A stretch of DNA of 55,652 nt, the filler included, from Trypethelium eluteriae (taxonomy: Eukaryota): assembly GCA_051942245.1 (NCBI GenBank). It is 4 parts of 4 records of this genome, joined end to end, with 100 filler letters (N's around TTAATTAATTAA, not from the genome) between each part and the next. Parts side by side here need not be neighbours in the genome. Positions count along the whole stretch, not along the records: positions 1 to 13,924 come from JAVECL010000712.1; 3 more parts are not named here. The stretch is one strand, 5' to 3'. Below the pieces are notes generated by a model. It was not told the origin of the DNA. It ran no database searches and saw only the letters and a program-made list of their open reading frames with translations. The translations under genes and the position numbers were made by a program. Below, piece after piece: positions 1 to 13,924 of the stretch (within the stretch, counting starts at the first letter, position 1; each line of letters begins with the position of its first letter).

Positions 1-1
1 G

Positions 2-391
2 GATGAGGGGATTAAGGAGGGGGAGGTCGAGGAAGAGCAGGAGAGGGAGATGGAGCATCAGGTGGAGTATGTGAGTGACATCGAGGGTGAGTCGGAGGAG
101 GAGGATGTCGGAGATCTGGAGGATTGGCTGGGAGGGCGTAGTGAGGATGAAGAGACAGAAGCGACTGAGGATGAGAGCGATGAGGATGACGAGAAAGAGA
201 GTGGAAGCGGCGAAGAGGATGAGGAGGCAGACACGGAGGCACTGAAGAAAGCGATTGCCAATTTGAAGCGCAAGAGGCCGACTACCAAACCTTCCAAACC
301 GAGCAAGAAGCCTACGAAAGAGTCCAAAGGACCAAAGCGAGAGATCGAGTACGAGTTCCCACGACCGGCCAGGGAACAAATGCTTGCCTGA
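2..391 (+). CDS. MAK16: 3' part of MAK16-like 60S ribosome biogenesis protein (5'-truncated by window edge)
   Basis: Open frame from base 2 to TGA 389-391; EYVSD..DLEDW followed by a long acidic tract, KRKR and a GPKREIEYE tail, matching the Mak16 C-terminus. Confidence 0.75.
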   Translation, partial: DEGIKEGEVEEEQEREMEHQVEYVSDIEGESEEEDVGDLEDWLGGRSEDEETEATEDESDEDDEKESGSGEEDEEADTEALKKAIANLKRKRPTTKPSKPSKKPTKESKGPKREIEYEFPRPAREQMLA

Positions 392-457
392 ACGGTTCTT
401 TAGACTTGCTACTGGCCATTACTCAATTGAAAATTGCTTTATCATTGCGCGACTATT

Positions 458-2085
458 CTATTGCTTCAGCTGTATCATACATCTGTGGCTGATCGGAGCT
501 ATCAAGAAGTAATTCTGGAATTCCATGCTTTCCGGTGTTGTAGACGGCGAAACCTTCGCTCCTTTGTTACGACGGAAGAATAGGACCGTAGCGAGGCGCA
601 ACTCCATTTTCGCGATATGAATACCTAGACAAATTCTGGCACCTCCACCCCATGGTGAAAAAGCAATCCTCGCATCTTCTGAGAATTCTGGGGCGCCCGG
701 TAACCAACGAGTATGATCAAATCTATTCATAATATCAGCTTAGGAGTTCTGGGTCAGGCTAGGGGACGCTGACTTCTCTGGGTCTGGGAATAACCTAGGA
801 TCCCGATGAAGTGTATAACTTTGGCATCCTACCGTTGTACCTTCCGGAAGAAAATACTTGCTGTCCCCAAGGGAAGTCCCACCACGCGGGACCGTACGAG
901 GTAGGGTGCTTGGAGCTGCTCCATACAAACGGAGGGTCTCCTCAATCACGGCCCCTAAGAGCGGGAGCTTCTCCACGTCGGCGTCGCGAAAGTCAGCAGG
1001 CAATTTATCGACCTCATCTTCCAGAGCTTTCTGCAATGCGGGCCTCTGAAGCACTGCCCATATCAAGTACGTTAGCGTGTTAGCGGTGGTGTCTGAGCCC
1101 GCAATAATCAGGTTAGCGGCCTCAATCCTAACATCATAGTCGTCCAGCTGTTCGTCGTCCTTTTCGGCATTTGCAATCATGGTCGCGAATAGATTCGCTT
1201 CGCCGCCTTCCTTTTTGCTAGCCAGGACAGCAGGCGTCGCAAACTCTAGGACGTATGATGAAGCTCGAAAGATTCGACCAAAATTCTCCGTCGGAATGCG
1301 TTTCAAGATTTCATAAAGCCAAGGAAAGTCCGCTCGGACGATACTCCCCTGCATGGTCTTTGCGACCACCTTAATGAACTCGGGTTCCTATTGAAGCATT
1401 AGTTGGTGACTACAGAGAAAGATATGCGATAAGAATCCTTTCTACCTCGCCGGTCTTCAACATGCCGAATGGCTCACCAAAGAACAACATCGCCGATATA
1501 TCAGCAGTCATGCAGGTCCACCACTTCAGACAGTCAACCTCGCCGTCTGCATGGATCTTTGCCTCTTCTTCGATCCTCATTACCGCAGCCTCGATCTGTT
1601 CTCTAAGCCTACCTTCCCAATTTTCGCGCAGAAACCCTTGGCCGAATCCTTTGTAGAGCATTTTTCGTCTTCTCTGATGGGTCCTATTATCTACCATTGT
1701 GAAAACACCATGCCTTGGTTGGCCTGCCTGGCGAAAGTACCATTGACTCTTGGGGAAGCTTGGGACTTTGTTGATTTCCTTCAACCCTGCCGGCGAAGCA
1801 CACGCGATTTCGTCGGGGCCAACTCGGACTATCGGACCATATTTCTGATGAAGGTCATGGATGTAAAAGATGCGCTTCCCAGCAAGAGCAGATAGCTTGA
1901 GCGGCAACGCAGTGAATGGTGTATACCATGGACCGGGAATTGAGCGAAGAGATGTGAAGTAAGCCTGTCGAAGCACCTGTCGCTTGTTAGCAGCATATTC
2001 GAGATCCAAAGGAGAGGCAAACCTGTAGCAACCACACTGCGACTACGGCGAGCAAAGACAAATAGAAAATCGTCAAGTTATCCAT
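458..2085 (-). CDS. Cytochrome P450, 4 exons
   Basis: ATG at 2085 gives an N-terminal anchor MDNLTIFYLSLLAVVAVWLLQ; AGSDTT I-helix, ETLR (ExxR) and heme motif FSPWGGGARICLG; three GT-AG introns join the ORF pieces. Confidence 0.95.
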
Positions 2086-2620
2086 GATCAGGACTGAATT
2101 CTCTTGAGCTGGACCGGCAAGGTGCCATCTTTAAAGTCACCCCCCAGTACTGTGTTTCGCAGAGAAGTCGTAACTTAGACTACATTTGGCTAACTTTCCG
2201 ACGCATGATAGACCGGTTGTGAGCCAACAAGGATTTCCATCGCATACGGGGTGGTTCTGCGAGCAGACATAAGCACCAACTAGTAAAAGCATTCGGCTTA
2301 ATTTTCGAAAGTTTATTATTCATTTGCCCGCAACCTTTGTGCCGTTTCGATTCCTCCGCTCGAAGTCTAAACGGCCTTTGTGCTTTTGTGGTAGTCTCAG
2401 GCTACCCATGCTTACCCAAGAAAAGCGGCGTGCATAGCTTCTCCCTGGGGTCAAGTCGGTCAGAAGCGAAATGCCGGTGTACCGAGGGAAATTCTTGCGA
2501 TTCCCAGACGCTAGATATGGCTCATCTCTTCCGCGGCTTCGGGTAGGCCGAAGTTTTTCCAACGACGAAATGTAGTATAGTACAAGCGAAATATTTACGT
2601 ACTACCTGGGTAAGAACACA

Positions 2621-4496
2621 TCAGTCCCTCCCCCATCTCTTCCAAAATTTCCAATCACCCCCTCGGTCCCGTTTTCCACGACCGCCAACCCTCCAGAAAT
2701 ATACAGGAACTCCAGCGATGATGAACGCCAACACAATGACCGTCTGCAGCGGCTGCGCCAAAACCGCTCGACTCAACAAGAACAGACTCACACAGCAGAA
2801 AATTATAGGTGTCGTAATCCACGTCTTGTATGGTCTCTCCAGCGTTGGTTCCCGTACGCGGAGGACGATAAGGCCCAGCACAGTAAGGAAGTAGAACGAG
2901 TACCCTGCCACACCATAAAACGTCGTCAAGGTGTCGAAGTCGCCTACGAGGATGTAGACCAGGGTTAGGAGCGCATTCAGCACCATCGCGTTCACGGGCG
3001 TGAAAAAGAGCCCTCCTTCATCGGCGATCAAGCGCGCGACACGCGAGCCAGCCTGGCCGCGGGCATGGAGGCGAATGGCACTCCGATTACCGAAACCTAT
3101 ACGACCGAAGATAGCAGGGAGGTAGCCCTCCTTGCCAGCGGCATAGACGAGCCGACCACTGGTAAAGGTCGTGGCGTTGAGAGCGCCAAAGCAGCTGCCG
3201 GAGACGATGAGGGCGAGGATGAGGGATCCAACGGGACCGAAGACTTTGGAGCCGAAAGCGACAGCGACGGTGTTGCTTGAATTGATGACGGCGAGATCGA
3301 GGACGAAAAAGTAGGCAATGTTGCAGAGGAGGTAGGAGAGGATGACAATAGGAAGGGATGTGTGGATGACTCGGGGTAGGTCCCGGCTGGGGTTGATGAA
3401 TTCACCCGTCACGTAGTTCACCTAAGGGTAAATTAGCAAGAGCAACTCGGGCAGGACAGAGTAAATGACTTACGTTGTCCCAACCGTCGTAAGCCCACAA
3501 ACCTGCGTAAAGGGCCACTGCCCACTGAGACAGGTTGTCGCTGGTATTATTGAACCAACCTCTTCTCCAATCCAGGCTTGCCTGACCGCGCCATGTAAAT
3601 CCTGTAGCCGCCACGATAATGCCCACTGTTGTAACGCCAACCAATGCAATGAATTTGAAAAACATGAAAACGTCTGCTGATCTCGTCCCAATCTTTGTAG
3701 AGGTGCAATTCAGAAAAGTCACAAGCAGAAGCCCACCAATAGCAACTCCTTTGTTAAGCCATTCGCTGACCTCTACTACCTCGGCTCCAATAAAGGCCCT
3801 TACCATGTATTCTCCGAATATAATTGCAATGATGGCAGCCGATCCAGGCTTAAGCACGCAGACTGCGCACCATGTAAAGAGGAAGCCAGCCCACTCGCCA
3901 AAGATTTTTGACAGGTACACCTGCGCTCCTCCATTTAAAGGTATTGCCCCTCCCAGCTCTGCATAACTGGCCGCTCCAGTCCATGCGAGGACTCCAGCAA
4001 TTGCCCAGACAATAAGGGATGCGCCGGGCGACCCGGCATTTGTATTCACCTGTTTTGGAGAAGAAAATATTCCTGAGCCTATTATCAAGCCAACAACTAA
4101 AGACAGTCCATTGAGATATGTAAGAGTCTTGTGCTTTTCAAGGTTGCTCCCGGCGTTGCTGGGATCAAGTGTAGGCGCTGGTGTTCCTATCGGCGCGTAT
4201 CCTCCTCCTGCAGCCGTGGACGATAATGGTAGTAAGTTTGAGGCAAAGTCGAAGGCGGAAGATACTGAGTAGGTCCGTCCATGACCTGTGCGACCTTCGT
4301 GGGCGGCGCTCGTTGTGGAGAGAGGGTCTTCTTCGTCGAAGGACAACTTCCGAGAGGATGGAGGACCGGAGGGCGAGGAGGAGATTGACGTTCTCTGTGA
4401 TAAAGGAGAGGAAGAGGCAAGCGATGCAAGCTCTAAAGAGTCTCGAGGAGCATGCCCAGAGGGTGGCTGCAGACTGGAGTAGCCTGGGCGAGACAT
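2621..4496 (-). CDS. APC-family L-type/methionine-like amino acid permease, 2 exons
   Basis: IIGSGIFSSP TM1 motif, YAELG, WAYDGW, about 12 TM segments; intron 3422-3473 (GTAAGT..TAG). Confidence 0.93.
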
Positions 4497-4795
4497 GCCG
4501 CTTGGGGCGGAAGTGATTGAGGACTAGGTTTGTGTTACCGGAAATCTAGCAGCATTCTCTTAAATATATTAGTATCGATGCAAACGAAGCGATTATAGTG
4601 ATTCCTGCTCGGCCGACAAATAAGAAGCCTCATGAAACATGGAAACGTGGGTTGTTGAAAGTCAGAGTTCAGGACGACACCGCATGCGGCGCCCATGCGA
4701 ACGACTAGGATCCGTCTCCTACTTCGCTTCGACTTTTCATCAAACACCACTAGCATGCTAGCCACTTTGGCCAATCACCATGCACAATCCATGTA

Positions 4796-7700
4796 ATGCT
4801 CAGGAGGCTCGACGGTGCTGGAGGCTCGTGGCGGCTTCTACAGTCCAAAGCCTCCTCTTTTCAATGCGGTAGAGGTGTGCGCGCCGCATCCCTAGCCCGG
4901 ACGCGTCTCGACTTCCAGGCCATCGACAGGAAATGGCAGCAGAGATGGGCCAACAATGCCAGAAGTTCTCGCCGAGATGGACACGGTTCGAGAGAAAAAG
5001 CTTATATCGTTCCGATGTTCCCCTATCCCTCCGGAAATCTTCATCTAGGTCACTTCCGAGTCTACACGATTGCGGATGTCTTAGCACGCTTCAATCAAAT
5101 GAAAGGTCGCAAGACTGTACTTCCAATGGGATGGGACGCATTCGGACTCCCGGCAGAGAATGCTGCGATAGAACGGGGTGTCAACCCGGCTGCGTGGACG
5201 ATACAAAATATTGGGAAGATGAAGGAACAGCTTATGGCAATGGGTGGAAGATGGGACTGGGACAGGGTACGTTGGTTCAATGATATCTGTGGGCTTAATG
5301 TACGTAAAAGACTAATGTAGCTGAATCCGGCTTTCAGGAGATCATGACTTGTGATCCCGCTTTTTATAAGCATACTCAGCGTATATTCTTGCTTCTTCAT
5401 GAAAGGGGATTGGCATATCAAGACGAAGCTCTTGTCAATTTTGATCCTGTTGATCGGACTGTACTTGCTAATGAACAGGTGAGTTACAGACATATCATTA
5501 TTTCGTGACGTCTTGACCTTCCTAATCATGCACAGGTTGACGCCAATGGTTTCTCATGGCGATCTGGAGCAAAGGTGGAGAAAATACGCTTGAAGCAGTG
5601 GTTCTTGCGTATTACGGCTTTTCAGGACGCGTTACTCGATGACCTTGATGCCCTGAGTGCAGCTGGGCGTTGGCCTGAAAGGGTGTCCGCAATGCAAAGG
5701 AACTGGCTTGGAAAGTCCTCTGGGGCAAGAATTCAGTTTGAGATTGAAGACCAGTCGAATACTCAAGCTCCTACTCGAATCGAAGTCTTCACCACCAGGC
5801 CGGATACATTGTTTGGAGTGCGCTATCTAGCGCTGGCCCTCGATAATCCAATCGTCACACGATTGGCAAAGCAAGATCCTGCACTCCAGGCGTTTCTCCG
5901 TCGAGTTCCATTTCCGCCGGACTCGAAGGACGGTTATTTGCTCCCTCAGCTACAGGCGAAGAATCCCGCTTCTCGTTTTGTAGAATCGGGGTCTAGAGTA
6001 GGTCAACCATTGCCAGTCTACGTCGCTCCCTACGTTTTGAGTGATTATGGATCTGGAGCAGTGATGGGTGTGCCAGGCCACGATACAAGAGATTTTGAAT
6101 TCTGGAAACATGTTCATGTTGAAGGTGGATCGGCTGACATCGTAGTCGTGCCTGATTCTGCCCCATCGCTCGAATCAATCCAAGTTGAAGATCAACCAAT
6201 TCTGCACAAGGGAAGACTTACGCACGACTGTGGTCCTTTTGCGGGATTGGCATCCGATGAAGCGGCGCAAAAAATAGTAACAGGGTTAGACGATGGTGGC
6301 TTTCAAGCTGCGCTCGTAGAGAACTGGCGTCTACGAGACTGGCTCGTCAGTCGACAGAGGTACTGGGGGACTCCGATCCCTATCATTCATTGCAATTCAT
6401 GTGGGCCCGTTCCGGTTCCTCTAGGAGATTTGCCGGTCAAGCTTCCAGAACTCAAGGAAGGCCAGCTCAAAGGGAGATCTGGTAATCCATTAGAGGAAAT
6501 TGACGAATGGATCAACACTAAATGTCCGTCCTGTGGTCGGCCGGCGAAGCGCGAGACGGATACGATGGATACCTTCATGGATAGCTCTTGGTACTTCTTC
6601 AGGTACCCAGATCCGAGGAATGAAGAACAGCTTGTGGCACCCGAAGCAGCAGATGCCTGGCTGCCGGTTGATATCTATATTGGTGGAGTCGAGCACGCGA
6701 TTCTCCATCTCCTCTATGCAAGATTCATCTCCAAATTTCTTGCCAGTACTTCTTTCTGGCCATCTGGAGGTGGACTAGACAACAAGGGCGAACCGTTCAG
6801 AAACCTAATCACCCAAGGCATGGTCCATGGGCGTACCTTCTCGGATCCACAAACGGGCCGATTCCTTAAGCCGGATGAAATCAATTTCTCTGACCCGAAA
6901 GAGCCGAGACTGGTGGCTACTGGCGAACGCCCAGTCGTCAGCTTTGAGAAAATGTCAAAGAGCAAATACAACGGTGTGGATCCAAGCGCATGTATTGCAG
7001 CGTATGGTGCTGATGCGACTCGAGCTCACATGCTTTTTCTGGCGCCAGTAAGCGAGATACTGGAGTGGGATGAGGACCGTATCGTTGGCATCCATAGATG
7101 GTTCCATCGTACTTGGCGGGTTGTCCAGTATCTGTCTATGAATGAATTCGATCCGCATCATCCACCACGGCTCCCCAATCTTCAGCGCTTGACTTCCAAA
7201 GAAATGTCCCTATATCTGGCACTGCAAAAGACGATTGAAAGTGTCAACGTCTCTCTTTCGGAGACGTATGCCTTGAATACAGTGATATCGGATCTCATGA
7301 CACTCACAAACACTCTCGATGATGGCTTAGCCTCTCGAGACGCAAACACGGCACTTCATTACCACACTGCAAGTGCGTTGCTTCGCATGATGGCTCCTAT
7401 AGCTCCTGCTCTTGCTGAAGAATGTTGGGAAGCTCTGCACCTTCCGCGGAGCAATACGACCATTTTCGATCATTCCTTTCCGGTAGTCATACCTGAGGCT
7501 GAAATGAAGCGGTTACAGGCATCTTTACTTCAGAGCTGTGCTGTTCAAGTCAACGGTCGCCTGAAGTTTGTTACTCAGATCCCGGTCCCGCCTGCTGAGC
7601 TCGCTGAGGACCCAACCAGGAAGGATGAACTCATGCGATGGGTTTTGGAAAAGCTCGCAGAGACAGCCGAAGGCCAAAAACTGTTCAACGGTATAACGAA

Positions 7701-7797
7701 GAGCGAGGAAATTCTTGGCGACCGGAGATGGAGTAAAACGATTGTGGTCAAGGGAGGGAAGACGGTCAATTTTGTGACTGAAAAAGTGAGGCACTGA
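4796..7797 (+). CDS. NAM2: Mitochondrial leucyl-tRNA synthetase, 3 exons
   Basis: Arg-rich presequence; [13 protein letters not shown] (HIGH motif), TTRPDT editing domain, [16 protein letters not shown]; introns 5267-5337 and 5479-5535. Confidence 0.96.
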
Positions 7798-7959
7798 CAC
7801 ACATGTTGTCCATATCATGCTCAGTCATGCGTCAATATTCCCTCAGAGGGAATTTGTATTATATACATCCTCTATTCCAGGGTCAAAGGAGAAGTCATAA
7901 AAAAGGGTGGCTTTAAGCTCCCAATACAGATCTTACAAGAACGCTCCATGAAATTGACA

Positions 7960-8467
7960 CTACCTTGAACTTCGCGCTTCCTGCTCTTCATCACTATCAT
8001 CCTTGAATCCTTCTTCCAAATCACGGCTAAGTCTTCGTTGTTCTTCCCCTCCCCCACTCCGTCCCTGGTCCAGTGCTTCTCGTCTTCTCTGGTCGATTTC
8101 GAAACCGACCATGCCCTCTCCCTCCTCCTCATCGAATAATTCCTCTTCCGGTTGATTTGGCGATGAGCCGTCAACGACTGTCCGATGCCGACCCCTCCGC
8201 CACGAAGATGGGAGAAGAAATGACATCAGGGCATCAGAAAGTCTTTGGCGAAAAGATGATGTTCTGTCGGAAATGGTGTTCAAGGGCAAGTATTGGTTGT
8301 ACTTGTGTCTGTAGCGACGGATGAAGGGGAGTATAGCATATGTCAAGGAAAGGTAAAGCGCGAGAGAGATGACGGCTGGGATGAAGACGGTCTGGTGCTA
8401 TGTTAGTCGTAGCCACGGTACTGAAAGAATATAACCTGACTTTGAGAACCGCCGTGAGGCCTGCCAT
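7960..8467 (-). CDS. Small fungal single-pass membrane protein of unknown function, 2 exons
   Basis: MAGLTAVLK + intron 8392-8440 (GTCAGG..CTAAC..CAG) + TVFIPAVISLALYLSLTYAILPF hydrophobic helix, then a charged tail ending RRLSRDLEEGFKDDSDEE. Confidence 0.75.
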
Positions 8468-9139
8468 AACGACTACCAGCGCGGTCCTAGTGAACAGAAA
8501 CTCTTCAACGCAATGTAGATTTCAAAGCTCGCGTGGCTTTTGGAGGTGCTCTGCTGGAGCGTGTTGGAGGCGTGGCCGGAATCCTCCCGGGAGGCTGACA
8601 TGGGGCTAGCATGTCATGATTGCAAACGGGCAGGTGAAAGACGAAGTTTTGCTATCGACTCACCGTCTTTGTGGCTCGAATCGAGGTTCTGGTGAATTCT
8701 AGGTCCGGATTCGTTGAAGTCAGGCTGCTAGTAAGCGCTGGTTCTGGCTGGCCAGTTCAGGAGAGAAAGACAAAGCACGTGAAGTGGTGGCCCCTGAGGT
8801 CGCCGACACCCACCAGTGCCACCTCCCGTTCTGTAACAACCTTGAAACCCCAGACTGCTGGTCCCTCTTCAGACCGTGGATCCTCGCCGTGCTGGCTGGG
8901 ACGACATCATACTACTGCCGTCGGTAGCAAAACAAACATCTGTGCATCGGGGCAACCGTCACTGACGCACTCTCCGTTCTTTACTTCCGGGTCTATCGCG
9001 ACTCCGGTACCAGGAAAACTCTACGTCGCCCCGCCGAGCATAAGCGACGTGATAGCATTTGCCGAAGCCTCTACTTTGAAACACAACCTTTGTCAGCGAG
9101 TCTGGACGTGACGAGGCCGCGAGTGAGGGCATTGCGCCC

Positions 9140-9178
9140 ATGAGGTCAACACTCGCTTCCGTTGAAGGCGAAAGATAG
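9140..9178 (+). promoter_or_regulatory. Possible uORF (MRSTLASVEGER*) ending 19 nt before the formin start
   Basis: ATG 9140, TAG 9176-9178, out of frame with the formin; transcript start unknown. Confidence 0.25.
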
Positions 9179-9197
9179 TCGGAGGGACAAAGGCATC

Positions 9198-12100
9198 ATG
9201 CCATCTGGTTCATCGTCTGACGCAAAATCGCGACAGTCTTCCGGTGGAAGGTCGTTCTTCTCCCGGAAACCCAAGGACAAATATGACAATTACGACTACT
9301 ATGCGAATCCGCCGCCGAGCCTGGCTGCCAATGCCGGCTCTCAATCCTCACGCCATTCCCACAAGTCGTCGATAACTGCGGTTGATGCGCCCGGTTTACT
9401 ACCACAAGAACAGGCTGGACTTGCAATGCAAGCCGGGGTCATCACATCCATACCATATGACAGTGTTAGTCGTGAAGGGAAAGCGCCAATCACTGTGGAC
9501 CACCTCCCCAACGATGGGCAAAGACCGCAATCAAGAAAGGAACCACTACCACATCAGCTAAACAAAGGAGGGGTAGATTACCATCAATACCCAGCATTTG
9601 ATCCTTCTACCCTTTCACCCACGAACTCTCTACCGAATGGACCGAGACCGCCTCCGCATGGGACGGCGAGCAGCCTGGACAGAATGGCAACAAATCGAAG
9701 CGCAGGCGGGCATCCTCAGTATCAGCAAAGCCTCTACAACTCGTATGCTGGAACAGATTCTTCCAATAACACACGCGCCTCTTCAGACCAAGCGAGCATA
9801 TCGTCCTCTAATTCCCGCGAACAGAATCGATCGTCGCATGTCCCGCCTTACGCCAGTCATTGGTCAAATTCCGATAGTGCAAGCAATCGAGATACCATAA
9901 TACCAAGCTTTGTCTCGCCTACGCGGACTTCACCAAACCATCTTTCTGGGCACCATTCATCATCATTTAGTTCTGCAGCATCCTTCACTCCGGAAGGGTT
10001 CCATCTCGCGCGACCAAATGATGATCGAATAATTGAACAAGAATTTTTGGCTTTGATGCACAAGCGTGGATGGAAGAGCTTACCGGAGCAAGCAAGAAGA
10101 CAGATGGAGGCATATCCCATATCAAAAAAGTGGACACTGGTACATCAAGACCGTCTGGCGGAATGGCAGGGGGAACAGAAGAGGAGGCAGCAGTCAAGAA
10201 CAACCATGGCTAGCTCAGATGGCTATCCCAACACCCTTGACAGATCAAATGAAGAAGGCAGTCCGGAGTGGTATGTGCGCAAAGTTATGGACAATTCTAT
10301 TACGGCGAAGCAATTACAAAGTCTGAGTGTCAGTCTGCGTACACAGCCGATTGGATGGGTCAAATCTTTCGTGGAGGCTCAGGGACAAATCGCTCTCACG
10401 AACGTACTCGCCAAGATCAACCGACGACAAGGACAAGGCCCGGCACCTGCATCTGGCACCACCAGCGAAAAAGACCTAGACCGCGAATATGATATTGTAA
10501 AGTGTCTCAAGGCACTCATGAACAACAAATATGGCGCGGACAACGCTTTGCAACACACGTCTATTGTTATGGCACTGGCCACCTCATTAATTTCCCCGCG
10601 ACTAAATACAAGAAAACTTGTCAGCGAGGTCCTGACTTTTCTATGCCATTGGGCGGATGGAGAAGGCCATCTCAAGGTTCTCCAGGCGCTTGATCAATTA
10701 AAAGCTAGCCATGGAGAGAATGGAAGATTTGACGCTTGGATGCGGATTGTCGAAGTCACAGTTGACGGACGGGGTAAGATGGGTAGTCTTGTCGGAGCCA
10801 GCGACGAAGTTCGAAGCGGTGGCATTGGCATGGAAAATTTGCTGATGGAGTACGCCGTGACATCGTTATTCCTTGTCAACATGATCGTAGATGCGCCTGA
10901 GCGAGATTTGCAGCTTCGATGCCATATTAGGGCCCAATTCACGGCATGTGGTATCAAGAGGATTTTGACTAAGATGGAGGATTTCCAGTATGAGATTATC
11001 GACAAACAGATTGAACGCTACCGGGCAAATGAGGCGATCGACTACGAAGATCTGCTGGAGCGGGAAAATAACAGCATCATTGACAGTGTGGATGGCGAAG
11101 TAAAAGATTTGAACGATCCTGTGCAGATTACCGATGCAATTATGTCCAAGGTCCAGGGCAGCCGTTCAGCAGATTACTTCTTGTCTGCAATGCAGCACCT
11201 TTTACTGATCCGGGATAACGAAGGCGAAGACCGTCTACGCATGTTTCAATTAGTTGATGCCATGCTTAGCTATGTTGCCATGGACCGGAGATTACCAGAC
11301 ATGGACCTCAAACAGAGTCTTAACTTTACAGTGCAGAGCCTTCTTGATAAATTGTACACGGATTCCGAGGCGAGACAATTGCGCGATGAGACGCTGGAAG
11401 CTAGGCAAATCGCTGACTCTGCCATCGCTGAAAGAGATGAGATGAGAGCCCAAATCGAACTTGGTGCTGAAGGCCTCGTGAGAAGACTACAGAAGCAGGT
11501 CGAAGAGCAACAGAACGTGATCAATCTCATACAGCGACAGAATGAAGCCCTGAAGGCAGAGTTAGCTGAATCGCAGAGAATGCGTGCTCAAGACCTGCAA
11601 CGAAATGAGCTTGAGACAAGAGAGCTGTACCTTATGCTTCGCGATGCACAGGACTTTGCGGCGTCAAATGCCAAGAAAGGAGGCAAGAATGGTCTGGCAG
11701 GGTCTGATCCTGCTCAAATGCAAGGCATTCTGGACCGTGAGCGACTTATGGACCGATTAGAAATGCAACTGCAGCGAGCAAAGACGCAAGCCAAACTTGA
11801 AGGCAAGGTATGGCAGAAAGTCAATCCCTCAGACAAGCTTCGAGAGCTACGAGAGATGATGGAAGGGGGTCAGGAAAACCAAGTGGAGCAAGACATCGAA
11901 AACAACATGCAAGATGGCTTCTTGGGCACCGTTTCACGCGCGAAGAGTCAGGTTCCAGGACGAAGCGGCAAGACAGCAGCTGGATCCCCAGATGAAATGG
12001 ACGAGGACGATGCCATTTATGAGAAGCCGCGCCTTGTCGAAATGAAGAGACCGAAGATGACGCCGCAGGGCGCGAATGGCTACCTCAGTGAAATGGTTTC

Positions 12101-13924
12101 CAAAGTCAAGCGGTATGACGGTAGCGACGATGAAGGAGATGGGGTCACGACTGGAACAACTCACCCAAGCCTGGAATCCGACTCTCCCAAGACGCCTGGC
12201 GATGAGCACGCCTTTGACGGGCCCGCGGCGCCTCCTCCACCCCCAATGCCGGGCTTTTCAGGCGCTCCTCCACCGCCGCCTCCACCCATGCCAGGATTTT
12301 CTGGTGCTGCCCCTCCACCCCCTCCGCCTTTACCCAAAGGTCCTATGTCTCCTTCTATGCCAGGCTTCAGTAACGCCGCTCCTCCACCACCACCACCTCC
12401 ACCTCCACCTGGCAGCAATATTACCTCTCCTACTTCACCAGCATTCAATGCTAACGCTCCTAATGCACCTCCTCTACCCGGTCCAAAGTCTGGTGGGTTC
12501 TTGGCCAAGCAAGAATTTGCACCTTCAAAGCCGAGTATTGGTCTTGGCGTAGCCCGGCCCAAGAAGAAGCTCAAAGCACTTCATTGGGAGAAGGTCGATG
12601 AGCCTCAGGTCACTATCTGGGCCGACCATGCGGCAACTCTGGAACTCAAGGAGGAAAAGTACAAAGAGCTGGCAAGAAAGGGTATCCTCGATGAGGTCGA
12701 GAAGTTATTCTCCGCCAAGGAGATCAAACAGATTGGCAAGGGAACCGGTAAAAAGAGCGACAAGAAGCAACTCATTGCCGGCGATCTCATACGCAAATTT
12801 GAGATCGCCCTTGCCAAAGTCTCTCAGCAACCTATTGAGGAAGTTGTCCGGATGATCATTCACTGCGACAAAGAGATTCTTGACAACCCAGTAGTGTTGG
12901 ATTTCTTGGGCATTGAGGACCTCTGTACCATTCCAGAAAATACCTCGAAGCTTCTCGCACCCTACAGTAAAGACTGGACAGGTCCAGATGCTGCTAAGAG
13001 TACTCGCGAGCAGGATCCGTCAGAATTGACCAGATATGACCAAGTATACTTGTTCACTGCATTTGAGTTGCATCATTACTGGAAAGCTCGTATACGGGCG
13101 CTTAGCCTGACGAGATCCTTCGAGCCAGAATATGACGAGATTTCCAAGAGGTTGCGGGAGATCGTCAATGTGTCCGAATCTTTGCGAGATTCTGTCACCC
13201 TTATTAATGTGTTTGGTTTAATTCTCGATATTGGCAACTACATGAACGATACGAACAAGCAAGCCAATGGCTTCAAACTCAGCTCGCTTTCCAGGCTCGG
13301 TATGGTCAAGGATGACAAGAATGAGTCTACATTTATGGACATCATTGAGCGTATTGTTCGTACACAGTATCCCCAATACGAAGGTTTCGTCGATGAAATT
13401 GGTGGCGTTATTGCAACGCAAAAAATCAATGTTGAGCAGCTCCAGGTCGATGCCAAGAAGTACATTGATAACATCAAGAATGTGCAAAGCTCGCTAGATT
13501 CAGGTAATCTTAGCGACCCCAAGAAATTCCACCCCGAAGATCGCGTGAGCTTGGTGGTGCAGAGGTGCATGAAGGAAGCCAGGAGAAAGGCCGACCAAAT
13601 GCAACTCTACCTTGATGAAATGACGAAAACGTATGACGATATTATGATCTTTTACGGCGAGGATTCGACGGACGAGAACGCAAGACGGGATTTCTTCGCC
13701 AAGCTTGCCAACTTCGTCACCGAATGGAAGGTACGTGTTCCATCCCCTCCATCATCTCACAGTTCTGATATTCGTTTCCCCTTCACCCACTAACACTTAT
13801 CCCCAAAACAGAAATCCAAAGAAAAGAACCTCGTCCTCGAAGACACCAAACGCCGCAACGAAGCCTCAATGAAGCGCAAACAAATCAACGCCTCCCTCGC
13901 CAACGGCGCCCCATCCGCCACCTC
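9198..13924 (+). CDS. sepA: Diaphanous-related formin SepA/Bni1 (3'-truncated at gap)
   Basis: GBD/FH3 region (KKWTLVHQD, SLRTQPIGWV), coiled coil, poly-proline FH1 about 12220-12480, FH2 (LKALHWEK, GNYMN, GFKLSSL); intron 13731-13811 then KSKEKN... running into the gap. Confidence 0.96.

Noticed and set aside
3533..3558. Minus-strand AATAATACCAGCGA resembling the 3' arm of a fungal TPP riboswitch
   Set aside because: Lies inside a coding exon (WFNNTSDN) and lacks the CTGAGA and TGAT partner elements
458..4496. P450 next to a permease as a possible biosynthetic cluster
   Set aside because: Flanked by housekeeping genes (MAK16, LeuRS), with no backbone enzyme or regulator
12220..12480. Repeated CCx-rich units
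   Set aside because: Formin FH1 poly-proline coding sequence, not an independent repeat or array
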